The notes under the pieces are model-generated. The model was given only the letters and a program-made list of their open reading frames with translations. It ran no database searches and had not been told where the DNA came from. 64,000 bases of DNA from a virus. The first letter of the stretch is position 1, and each line of letters opens with the position of its first letter. Positions 36,169 through 46,500 of the stretch are shown here, one piece after another. The translations under genes were made by a program, and so were the position numbers. The stretch covers positions 96,001 through 160,000 of IMG/VR virus record IMGVR_UViG_3300046170_000502. One strand, written 5' to 3'.

Positions 36169-38699
36169 TTAATCGATGTAATACCATCGTGAGTTAGAAT
36201 TGCTGTAAAACCAGTTTGTATTCCCGCTCTTACCATAACCAAATGAATCTGCACTAAACCAGCACCAACCATTTATACTTACTATGTTATTGTTATTATC
36301 TTGATCCTTAGCTTGTAATGGTGAATAAAAATTAATCCAAAAGTTAGGGAATTGTCGGTCCTGTGTATTAGAGACTGTGTAGCCCCCATATGCCACCATT
36401 AGTGGTTGTGCCTCCAAGATTAACATAATAAACACCCCCAAGATCTCGCCTTATTGGAAACCTTCCGTCCTCAAAATCGATTCCATTTGCGGAAACAAGA
36501 CAGGTTTGCGCAATCCATGTATTTGCTATCCATCCTGGAGTTCCATTAGCATGCGCAGCCTTAGGCCACGAGTTTCTTGATATCGTTTCCCACATATGGT
36601 ATGATTGAACAGTGCCGCCCTCGGTAGAGGCGCTGCTGCCTGGAATGGGGGGTGCCGAGCCTTGGCTCGTCCTGGATGTTCTCCTAAATAAAAGATTAAC
36701 AGGTGCTCCCTGATTGTCATACATATTTGTATTACTAGAAAGAGATGACCAATTCGCGCTAGACCAATAAACTAAATCTCCAGCATCGTATTTTTTTTCA
36801 AAATTATATTCTTCACCAAAGCCAAAAAATGCACCGCCAATTAGATACGCCCAATCAGATACCACATATAAACCACGTAGACCATAATAATACCTATTGA
36901 CTGGATCAAAAGTAATTATATTATTATCTCCACATATAATGGCCTGATTAACGCCTGCTGGTCTATCATTTAAGCCGCCCCCCTATCGAATTATTTTGCC
37001 CCACCCAGCAAAACATTAGCTCCATGAAAATATTGATCTCCATTTGTTGTAATTTTGTTGTCGTAGCCCCCTAAAATAGAAGAATAGCTATTATTTCTTA
37101 TTTCTAAGTTGTACCCCCCCCCAATAATAGAAAACCCTCCAGATATCTTAGACTCCGCTCCCCCAATTATTGCCGAAGCTACTGATCTATATTCAGTGCC
37201 CCCCTCTAAAAAACTGGCAGATACTTCGTTATTAAAGCCACCTCCTAAAAATTTACCAAATGTTACATCGTTATCCGCCCAAGTTGCAAAGTCGGTAGGG
37301 CTTATTGCTTGTCCCTTTTAAATTAATTGACCCATCAAAGCTTGCGCCAGACAAAAACGATTTTACCAGTTAATGAATCGAAGCTTATTTTTGAATTTGC
37401 TCCTGCTCCTATTTCCGTTCCGTCTAATTTCTTCAATGGGCCACCCATATCAAAATAAATATTATTGTAATTATCCCTGGCAAGCAAAAATCCAGCCGTA
37501 GAATAAGGTGCTTTTTGGCGGATATCTACACTCCTTACAACAAATCATCAATACCAGGCAAATTATCCTTGTATATGTATACCGCCATGTTATTATATAT
37601 AGGTGTAACCGAAAAAGAAACCGTTCCATTATCACTTCTCCATCCAGTAAAAAAACTCGCATCATACGTGGGTTGATTCCTTCCGTTCATGCCTAATTGA
37701 AAGGTCCATGAGGTACCTCTTGGATTATCAACCTCTATAGTAACCGCATAAGTAGTACCCGCTACAAGCGGAACAGAATCCTGAATTAGCCCAGTGAAAT
37801 ATGGGAATGCATTAACAAAATCCGAAAACCTAGCTTCTCCAAAAGCGAAGTTAACGTATGCACCCTTCCAATTTGAATTACCATTATTAAAATCTCCATT
37901 TAAAACCAAATTGTAAAAATTCAGAAATAACTGACTACCTATCTGTGTATGATGAACTGATAATCCACTAGCAAACCCATCTGACAGTATAAAACCAGAT
38001 TGACCGGATTTCCCCATCACCAAACCTCTAGTAACAAAAGCGTCTTCAGTAAGTAATAAATTAGTAGCTATACTCTCAAAACTTGCACCAATCTTTTCCA
38101 ATATGTTGTATTTCAATGTTCCAACTGAAGTTGTGTAAGACTCTTGATAGCACTACCCGATTGAGTTCCATTAGAATTACCTGAAGATGTGTGAGACTGT
38201 ATGCAAATATAAAAATCATCACTAGAAGCTGGATCCTGAACGAGGTCGGCTCTTACAGGTCTACTAATGTCATTATCGGCATATTCAGCAACATAAGATT
38301 GGCTAACCTCCCAGGGACCCTTAAAACCAACCCCTGGACCAGGATTCCCGACTTTACCATCTATAACCCTAGTAACAACCGCGCCTTTTATTTAAATCCG
38401 AAAATGCGCTTTTTGCGTAAATTATAAAACCATCTCCGTCACTAATACTTTTTATAGCATTATCAAAACCTTGTATATTTAATTGAAGCTTAACCTCAGA
38501 AGAGCTTCCGCTTTTTGAAAAAGAATTTGATACATAATAAAAACGACCAGAACCTATCGCAGTAGAACTTGCTTCAGTATTTACAGATGCTATAGGGGTC
38601 CAATTATTACTCAAGTTTCCGATACTTACCTCAGATCCATCGTCTTTTAATATAAATGCTTTTATTCTTATGTCATCCACCAAACCAATCGAAGTATTT
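36169..38699 (-). pseudogene. Multiply frameshifted C-terminal continuation of the giant tail protein
   Basis: Fragments join by single-base shifts: TYK/FRNTSIG; SDL/IKGAVVTRVIDGKVGNPGPGVGFKGPW; TTYW/EKIGASFESIATNLLL; IGGG-N repeats; NGGIW/GGYTVSN. At least 8 shifts, many at G/C or A/T runs. Confidence 0.7.
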
Positions 38700-41600
38700 C
38701 TAAACTTTATATGTAAATACTATGTTTTGATTTGTTGTATAAATATACTCAGAAATTCCATCTTGATTATCATCTCTTTCTACATAATTGAAATAACCAG
38801 GAGAAGCGTTTATATCAATAAAATCATAATCATCACCAGATGACTGTTTTATATTTCCCCGTAAAACTAATTCTCCGTTATCAAAACCTAAGCTATTATT
38901 TCCACCTTGAAAGGCGAATGAGCCGTCCCCGCTTAGCAAAAATCCCTGCTGGTTAACATTGTGATCTATCCCAATGAAACCGGCAGTTCTTACCGCCCCC
39001 TGGTTACCAGCGCTTTGAGTAACTTGTATATCATGACCATCTATAGTTCCTGCTGTAATTTTATCGGCCTTAAGATCGCTTATTTTAGCATCAACAATTG
39101 CAGCGTTAGCAATATTAGCTGTACCTATTAAGGCGTTAGCGAATGAGTGATAAACTGGAGTAGCAACACCAAGGTCAGCCCTCGCAACTATAAAGTCTCC
39201 ATCATCAAAACCATTTACAGGATTTTGACCTTGAGATCCCGCTGGATGACTTTCTGAAAAATCGTAATTAGTAGCTCCTTTGTCCCACCATATATATCCA
39301 CTTGGCTTGGTCGCATCAGTTTGACCTAAATCAATTCTGTATTTCTGCCCAGTAAAATATAAGTCATGAGAAATCCATTTAATTTGATCACTTGTCCCAA
39401 CTTGAGAAAAAGGGTTATTAGGAACAAGGGATATGGTGTTTGCAAATTTTTCAGTCATTCTAACTTCAAAATCAGATATATCAGTAGCGCTAGCCTGCCC
39501 AAGATTTAATCTTAAGCCTTTAATATATAATAGATTATTTTCTGGTTGCAGATCAGCTTGACCAGTAAACGGACCTTTATTACCTGCAAAATCTACAGGC
39601 CTAACCCAAAAGTATCTAGTATCATTTGTTTTGCCGAAATAAGAAGTTTCAACTTCTATTCCATTTGCTTGTACATTAAATATTTTTGTAGCATTGGTTA
39701 TACCTGAAGCAGGATCTTGCTTCTCAATTGGTATTGCCCCAAAACCCTCAATATAATTTGGAATGTCGCCCTCTATTCTTCGGTAACCACTATTATTTGA
39801 AAAATCCAGAGGTTTATTGAGATCGGCTTCGTCTTTTAGAAATGTATTTACACTACCAAGCTCAAGCTTATCATCTGCATCCGAGTTACCCATCCACACT
39901 TCGTAGTGGCTAAGATCATTCGGAACCTGATCAAGACTTCCTATTTCTGAATTCGGATGAAGCCAATTTAAAAAATAGTTCTCAAATGCAGTATCTCCAC
40001 TAAAGTTTATAACTGGACCCGGTATATCATCTTTAGATGTCCTAAATACTGGCCCTGTAGGACCATTAGGATTTTGATTATTAAAAGTTTTCGGCCAGAC
40101 AATAACTTTTTGTAAATCTTCTGTATTATTTAATACTCTATATAAATCCCCACTACCGAAATCATCAAAAGGTAATATCTTATAAAAATAACCTGTAGGC
40201 TGATCTATTCCATCTACTCTTTGAATCGGAGGTTCATCTACTATTTGAGTTACATTATCTCCAAAAGATGCGTCTGCTGCGCCTAAAGTAACCTTAACTA
40301 AAGTGGAATCTAAATTCTCAAAACTAGGGAAAGAGTCGTATGGTCTTCCATCTGATCCTGTAATTTCAAAATTCTCCTGACTAGATCTATATAAATGAAC
40401 TTTTGTTGTTTTTTCTTGGGTAGAGAATGCATAATTAAAATTAAACTTAACCTTAGTAACCTCACCGGTAGTATCAACCTGAAAACCATTTGACAAAATA
40501 CTTGGCTCTTGATTAATTCCTATTATTTTCTCACTATTTAATACATTTCCATCTTTATCTATTATGCCAACTTCAATACCTACACTCCTCTTTCCGCTCT
40601 CTGGGATGCCTATATGACCAAAAACAAAATCATCATAACTATCATCACGCAGCCACACGGGAATCCATTGAGATTCCTGAAAAGTTGAGTTAACATATTC
40701 GCCGGAACCAATATATGCATCCAAGGGCCCGCCGCTAGGGTTGTCCTCCAAGGCGTAATATAATGAATTATTATGGTAAACGATGTCATTTTGATTATAT
40801 CCAGAAGGGTAAATATCGTCTCCACCCGCATCAATATTTGTCCAAAAACCTTCTCCCTGAACAGGAGTCGTTGAAACATTCGTGATCAACCCACTCCATA
40901 TATCATTATCGTATAAAACTAAACTACCACGAGTATAAGTTTTATCGGCTGACCAATTATATGCATCTAACTTATAAGCTGGAAACAACAAGCTAAACCA
41001 TTCGCTATTATCCGGTGTCTGTTTAGTCCAATTATTAACGTCCATAGAAGGACTAAATCCATTAAAATCCCAATGCGATAAGGGAGCCTTCTTCCATCCA
41101 TCAGAAGTATATACTTCAATAAAATGATAATCTGGCTCTATATCACACAACGAATGAGAACCATCATCCACCTTATCAGATTCGTGCAGGGCGATTTTAC
41201 CCCAATTCCCATCTGAAACATTAACGTAAAGAAAATTTGAATCACATTCTACATCTCCATTATTTCCCGCGCTCCTGGTTACTGGAATAAGCGGGATTCT
41301 GCCCCAATTATCATAATCGAAACAGTAATACAAATAATCATTAACAACATTTCTATCTCCTGGATTTCCTGGAGACGAATGATCAAAAGAATTGGCTCCT
41401 ACAGAAATATCCACATTTACTTTATATATAGAGCACGGAACTTCGTCAAATAATGAGAGAACTCTCCACCTCGTCCTATCTGTTCCAGGAATAAAACTTT
41501 GATTTGCGTCTTGATCCCTCAAACACAAGTAAAAAGTCTGATAATGTAAGACTATATCACCAGCTATATACCTTGCTCTCGAAGAATAAGAAAATATCTG

Positions 41601-43562
41601 CTCATCGGAACTTATTACAAAATCGCCCACAAAGTAATTTACGCGGGAATCAAAAACCCCCTTAACATTGCTAGATTTCGGACCAAATGACCCCTCTAAA
41701 TGAGCATAGGGTTTTTCTACCTTATAGATATTACCTTTGTATTGAAATTGATTATTAAAATTGTTCCAGTAATAAGTCTCTGAAGCACTCCATTCTTCAT
41801 AATGAGGCCTTGGGTTATTATCAATCAGGGATGAAGAAAACATCGTATCAACATTGAGCTTGTATATATGTTTATTAAAATCTGCTACAAAATCACCAGA
41901 ATTATAATATCCATTTGCATCAAATATCTGAAAATTAGAAGCAAATCCCCCTGTTCCATAAATCTCATTATTCACCTCTCTTGTGTATTCGTACGAATCA
42001 ATTAATTTGGTAGTGGGAAGATCAAAAATCACAGTTCTATTCCCATCAGTATCTACGGATGATATCCTAGAGTTTTCTCCCTGCGTTATTCCTGTAAGGA
42101 AATCTTTCGTGTGAGAATCAAATAAAGATCCGCTTATACCTAGTATAGAAGGGGTGTCAGAAGTAGAGAGAGCAAATCTATATTGTTCTAAATCAACCAA
42201 ATTATTATCTTGATCTAGTATATTCCAATCAAAAATTAAATCATCCTTCCTTTCTCTAAATCTTAAGTTAGATATTTTAACCTCTGAAGTCAAACCTTTT
42301 AGATCTCCAGACTTCGTTAAACCATCATCGCTTAAATTTAAAATATCAGAAGCTCCGTAGCCATCGTGAGCTTGAAGTGCGTAATAATAAGATAAGCCCC
42401 ATGTCTGAGTATCTGAATATTGATTATTTGTTATATTGAAACTCGAATAATCATAAAGAACTTTATCCTCCCTTATGAATTCCCAATAATCACCATTATC
42501 GGGGGGTCTATTTTTGTTGCTAGAGTGAGGCTGAATGCACTTAAAAATACCCGTTTGAGGAGGTGTATTGTAAGTTACCATATCCCCAGACTGGTAGTTG
42601 CCGAACCCAAAATTCCACTGATTAGCTAAAAGCACATCTCTAAAATAATCTATATTTGCCTGAAGATTTTTATAGTCAACGAGTTCCACAGAAGACGGTA
42701 TTCCCAACTTTTTGATAGAGACTTTATTAAAATCGCTATCATTAGAAAACCAAGAAAAAGAAACGTCCGAGCCTCTCAAGCTGTAATTAAAACCCTCTAT
42801 ATTTGACTCGTAATTCACGCCAGTCAGCACACCGGTCGCAGTTCTACCGAAAGAATCATGAGATACTATTCTTAGGCCAAACGTACGATCTAAATTTAAA
42901 TCATCAAAAACTGACTCGTTCAAACTTAAAGAAAATTCCCTATAGTTAGATAGCGCCTCACTAGGAGCTTCAGCTGAAATAGAATTTTGCAAGCCTGGGC
43001 TAGCATCTAATACTGATGCGGGAATAACAACAGCTCCTGTTCCATTTTCTATGGTTATATCAAATTTCTCAAACAAACCATCCTTCAATAACTCGGAATC
43101 AATAGACTCTCCCTGATTCGCGTGGCCAACGGGAGGAATCAACTCCCATGAAATTTGAGCGTTTTTATTTATAAATTCAGACTTAACCTCTAGCTTATCA
43201 CCTTCAAACTGAGGGGAGTGGACATTAGCAGAACCAACATCTGTTCTAACCGGAAGATTAGTGACCCTTAAGTTATTAAAAGTGAAAGTATTGTCGAATT
43301 TCGGAGGGCTTATATTGATTCCGGTTTCAACAAAAGCTGACCTAACACCTATGTCGCTTATAGCGTATACCCTAACATCAAAAAACCCATACCTCCCTTC
43401 TAATGAAACTGATTTCTGAATTGCCTCCCCCTCGAAGTCGGCTAAATCTCTACCTACCCCTAAGTTATACTGAAAAGAATAGTTGTCAGACGACCCTACA
43501 ACCTCGTAATGAGCATCAAGATCATTTACATTAAATTGAATTCCTAGAGCAGTAGATAACAT
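38700..43562 (-). CDS. Giant tail tip/fibre protein (Fn3-like, CBM5/12-like repeats, gpJ C-terminal-like segment)
   Basis: Y-x-x-G-D-x-V...Y-x-C/A...W repeats at 40730-42620. IGTANIANAAIVDAKISDLKADKITAGTIDG near 39035-39135. Confidence 0.7.
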   Translation of the reverse strand: MLSTALGIQFNVNDLDAHYEVVGSSDNYSFQYNLGVGRDLADFEGEAIQKSVSLEGRYGFFDVRVYAISDIGVRSAFVETGINISPPKFDNTFTFNNLRVTNLPVRTDVGSANVHSPQFEGDKLEVKSEFINKNAQISWELIPPVGHANQGESIDSELLKDGLFEKFDITIENGTGAVVIPASVLDASPGLQNSISAEAPSEALSNYREFSLSLNESVFDDLNLDRTFGLRIVSHDSFGRTATGVLTGVNYESNIEGFNYSLRGSDVSFSWFSNDSDFNKVSIKKLGIPSSVELVDYKNLQANIDYFRDVLLANQWNFGFGNYQSGDMVTYNTPPQTGIFKCIQPHSSNKNRPPDNGDYWEFIREDKVLYDYSSFNITNNQYSDTQTWGLSYYYALQAHDGYGASDILNLSDDGLTKSGDLKGLTSEVKISNLRFRERKDDLIFDWNILDQDNNLVDLEQYRFALSTSDTPSILGISGSLFDSHTKDFLTGITQGENSRISSVDTDGNRTVIFDLPTTKLIDSYEYTREVNNEIYGTGGFASNFQIFDANGYYNSGDFVADFNKHIYKLNVDTMFSSSLIDNNPRPHYEEWSASETYYWNNFNNQFQYKGNIYKVEKPYAHLEGSFGPKSSNVKGVFDSRVNYFVGDFVISSDEQIFSYSSRARYIAGDIVLHYQTFYLCLRDQDANQSFIPGTDRTRWRVLSLFDEVPCSIYKVNVDISVGANSFDHSSPGNPGDRNVVNDYLYYCFDYDNWGRIPLIPVTRSAGNNGDVECDSNFLYVNVSDGNWGKIALHESDKVDDGSHSLCDIEPDYHFIEVYTSDGWKKAPLSHWDFNGFSPSMDVNNWTKQTPDNSEWFSLLFPAYKLDAYNWSADKTYTRGSLVLYDNDIWSGLITNVSTTPVQGEGFWTNIDAGGDDIYPSGYNQNDIVYHNNSLYYALEDNPSGGPLDAYIGSGEYVNSTFQESQWIPVWLRDDSYDDFVFGHIGIPESGKRSVGIEVGIIDKDGNVLNSEKIIGINQEPSILSNGFQVDTTGEVTKVKFNFNYAFSTQEKTTKVHLYRSSQENFEITGSDGRPYDSFPSFENLDSTLVKVTLGAADASFGDNVTQIVDEPPIQRVDGIDQPTGYFYKILPFDDFGSGDLYRVLNNTEDLQKVIVWPKTFNNQNPNGPTGPVFRTSKDDIPGPVINFSGDTAFENYFLNWLHPNSEIGSLDQVPNDLSHYEVWMGNSDADDKLELGSVNTFLKDEADLNKPLDFSNNSGYRRIEGDIPNYIEGFGAIPIEKQDPASGITNATKIFNVQANGIEVETSYFGKTNDTRYFWVRPVDFAGNKGPFTGQADLQPENNLLYIKGLRLNLGQASATDISDFEVRMTEKFANTISLVPNNPFSQVGTSDQIKWISHDLYFTGQKYRIDLGQTDATKPSGYIWWDKGATNYDFSESHPAGSQGQNPVNGFDDGDFIVARADLGVATPVYHSFANALIGTANIANAAIVDAKISDLKADKITAGTIDGHDIQVTQSAGNQGAVRTAGFIGIDHNVNQQGFLLSGDGSFAFQGGNNSLGFDNGELVLRGNIKQSSGDDYDFIDINASPGYFNYVERDDNQDGISEYIYTTNQNIVFTYKV

Positions 43563-43573
43563 AATATATATTA

Positions 43574-46500
43574 TTATACAGTTAAATCAAATAATAACAA
43601 CCCATCCGGAGCATCAGGTAATGACATATCCGCTTGAGGCGGAATTGGCAGCGCAGGAGAGCGGGGAGGTCCTTTTTGCTCTACAGCTAGAAACTTCGAA
43701 GGGTTATATTCTAATGCAGTAACTTCGTATTTATTTTCAGATAATTCTTTCACAGAAATAGTTCTAAATAATTGAGACTCAAGCTTCCTGAAAACTTTAG
43801 ACTCGGGGGGCAATTCTATATTAACAAATCCATATTCAGTGATACCAATCATTAAACCAATCAAGGACGCACTAGATTCTAGTTCTATCACATTAGTATC
43901 AACCTTACTAAAATACCACTCACTATTAATCAGATTATCGAATTGCTGGTTGGCAGATGCCACCGCTGAAATATCAATTATTTGTGTTAAATCTAAATTT
44001 ATACCATGCCCACCGCTTAGTTCCACTCTGACTGCCGACTCCCCTTGAACACTCTGGTTTTCATCAACGCTGTACATTGCAGATATATCAGATTTTACAG
44101 CTCTTGGGTTTTCCAAATCAGAGGAAGATGGGGGGTTATTAGAAGATGCCTCCATATAATTCGCTACATCCCCTGTTTCACTAAACATCAAGAAGAAGCC
44201 GTTGGAGTCCTTGCCTGATATAAATAACCTTTGATCTTTCCCTAATATATAATAATCACCAACACTTAAATTCGTTCCGCTATCATATACATAAAACCCA
44301 ACAATATTATCTCTAGAAGAATTGTCGTATATTACGTATACCCACTTTTTAATAGTGTTTATATACCAAAAAGTATTCTTATAATTATCATTAGTCCAAA
44401 CCCATCCTATACCTGTTGATTCAACTTCTGATTCACTTCCTCCTATATACATCCAGAAACCATCTTGACTGCCTATAACTCTATTCTTTAATCTCCCTAT
44501 GTATAGCCACAGCCCCGATTGGTATATAAAAATCCAGTCTGCCCCTGAGTTATAATAACGACCTAAGAAGTCGGACTTATACGAATTAGCTGCAGACAGA
44601 GGCTCTGTTGAGTTAGAGCCAATCGACTCTGCAGTAGAACTAGATATTTGCTCCAGCTCCCCTGTTACTGATACCAACCCTCTTATTGAATACGCTGCTC
44701 CTAAATTAATTTGATCTAAAAAATCCTTTAACATATCAGCATCAGAGCTGATTAAATAATGCCGCCCCCCAACATTCCCAAACATATCCAAGCCAATATT
44801 AAATATATTCACAACCAACCCGCCAGAAGTCTTCGATATTTGAAAAGTGTGCCGTGTGGAATTGGTTACAAAATAATTCGACGAACCATCATTTGTTTTA
44901 TTTATGCCGCCGGGAAGCTTCCCATCAGAAGTAAAAGAAACCTTCTGTCCATCGGAAAAACCGTGGTTATATATTTTTATTAAATTATCAGAGACAGAAA
45001 CCTCCATTTGTATTTTTATTTTTAAATCCTCTATAATCGTCTTTTGCCCTTGTGGTCCAAAATTCCTAACCGTAGGGTCACTAGAGACCCTACCCTCAAA
45101 CCTAAGAATCTGAGAAGTTCTCAAAGACTCTATTTCCTGATCTTGGTCCTCTTCGCTCTCCTCGACCCTAGCTCTTTGCTCGATCATCTCTAGAGACTCA
45201 TTCGTTCTAGCTAAGGAAATAACTATTTCAACTTTATCTATACCAGGAGAAGATAGATGGGATTTATCTATAAGAATATAGGGTTCAAAATATTCTTGAT
45301 ATTGCTGGGTGAACGACCCAGAACTCTGTGAGACTAAAATCTTATTTCTGTATAATTGAATATCCAAGATTCTACCACTCTTATCTGAAGAGGTTCTAAC
45401 TTCGTCTGAAATTTCAATGATTGAACCAGCAGTTAAATACGAAGCCTCTTGCCCTGCGTTAAATTTTACTGTTTCTGTTTCTAGTTGAGATGTCATCAAA
45501 ATCCACCTTGCTAGCCTCCTCGCCTGACTTTCTGAAGTTATACCAAACCCCATAGTTTCGTTTTCTATGTATCCTAAGGATATCATAGAACTCTCATCTT
45601 CTTCGTAGACGATGTCAGGCTTAAAGGATTTGTCCTTATTATTAAACCTAACCAAACAAGCCGTTGCTTTTTTATTCTTATGGACGCCTGCGTATGAAAA
45701 ATCTCCTCCCAATATATTAGAATTATTAAAAAGCTGAACGGGAATCTTATCTCTATCGTATGTAGCCCCGACCTTACCAGAAGAATAAGCTATCATACCC
45801 CTAAATATAGAAGCCATGGAGTTTATTATTTCCAATGCCTCGGATCGCTCTGTTAAATATAAATTAGCTGTAAACCTAGGTTCAACTATAGGATAATTTA
45901 TTTGAGTAGCGCACGCTGCAATCAGTTTAATTCCGTTACTTTCGAAATTAGCGGAGTCATCCCTCAAATCTGGCCCTTTTACTGTAATTTTCCTTGTTGA
46001 GGTATTAGAATAAACTATAACTCTCTCGTAAACCTTAATTTCGCCCTCCCTATTTATGGATTTCCTAGTAAGAGTATCTTGTTGATCTGAATCTAACCCC
46101 TGCCCTTGACCAAAATTATGTTGATGAACAAAAATAGCTATTTTTTTACCAGCGAAAGATGTACCGCTACCAAATTCTTTTGTAAATACTGATGCGCTTA
46201 CAGCGCTATCATCAACATTAATTTCAAAATTCGATCGTCTTCCTCTAGAGGAGATGTAAATTTTGCAACCCCTAGGTTCTGAGGTTTGAGTTTCTACAGG
46301 AAAATCTGTCTCAATTAATTGATCGCAGTACTTACCTACTTTATAAAGCTGCCACCTATCAATTGAATATTCTTCGAGTCCGTATTTACCAATTCCGTAC
46401 CTAGGATTATGAAGCATATCAAAAAACACCCAAGCAGGATTATCGCTCCAAACTTTATTTGACTCAGAAATTTCATTAACAGATTGTGCCAAATCTGTCT

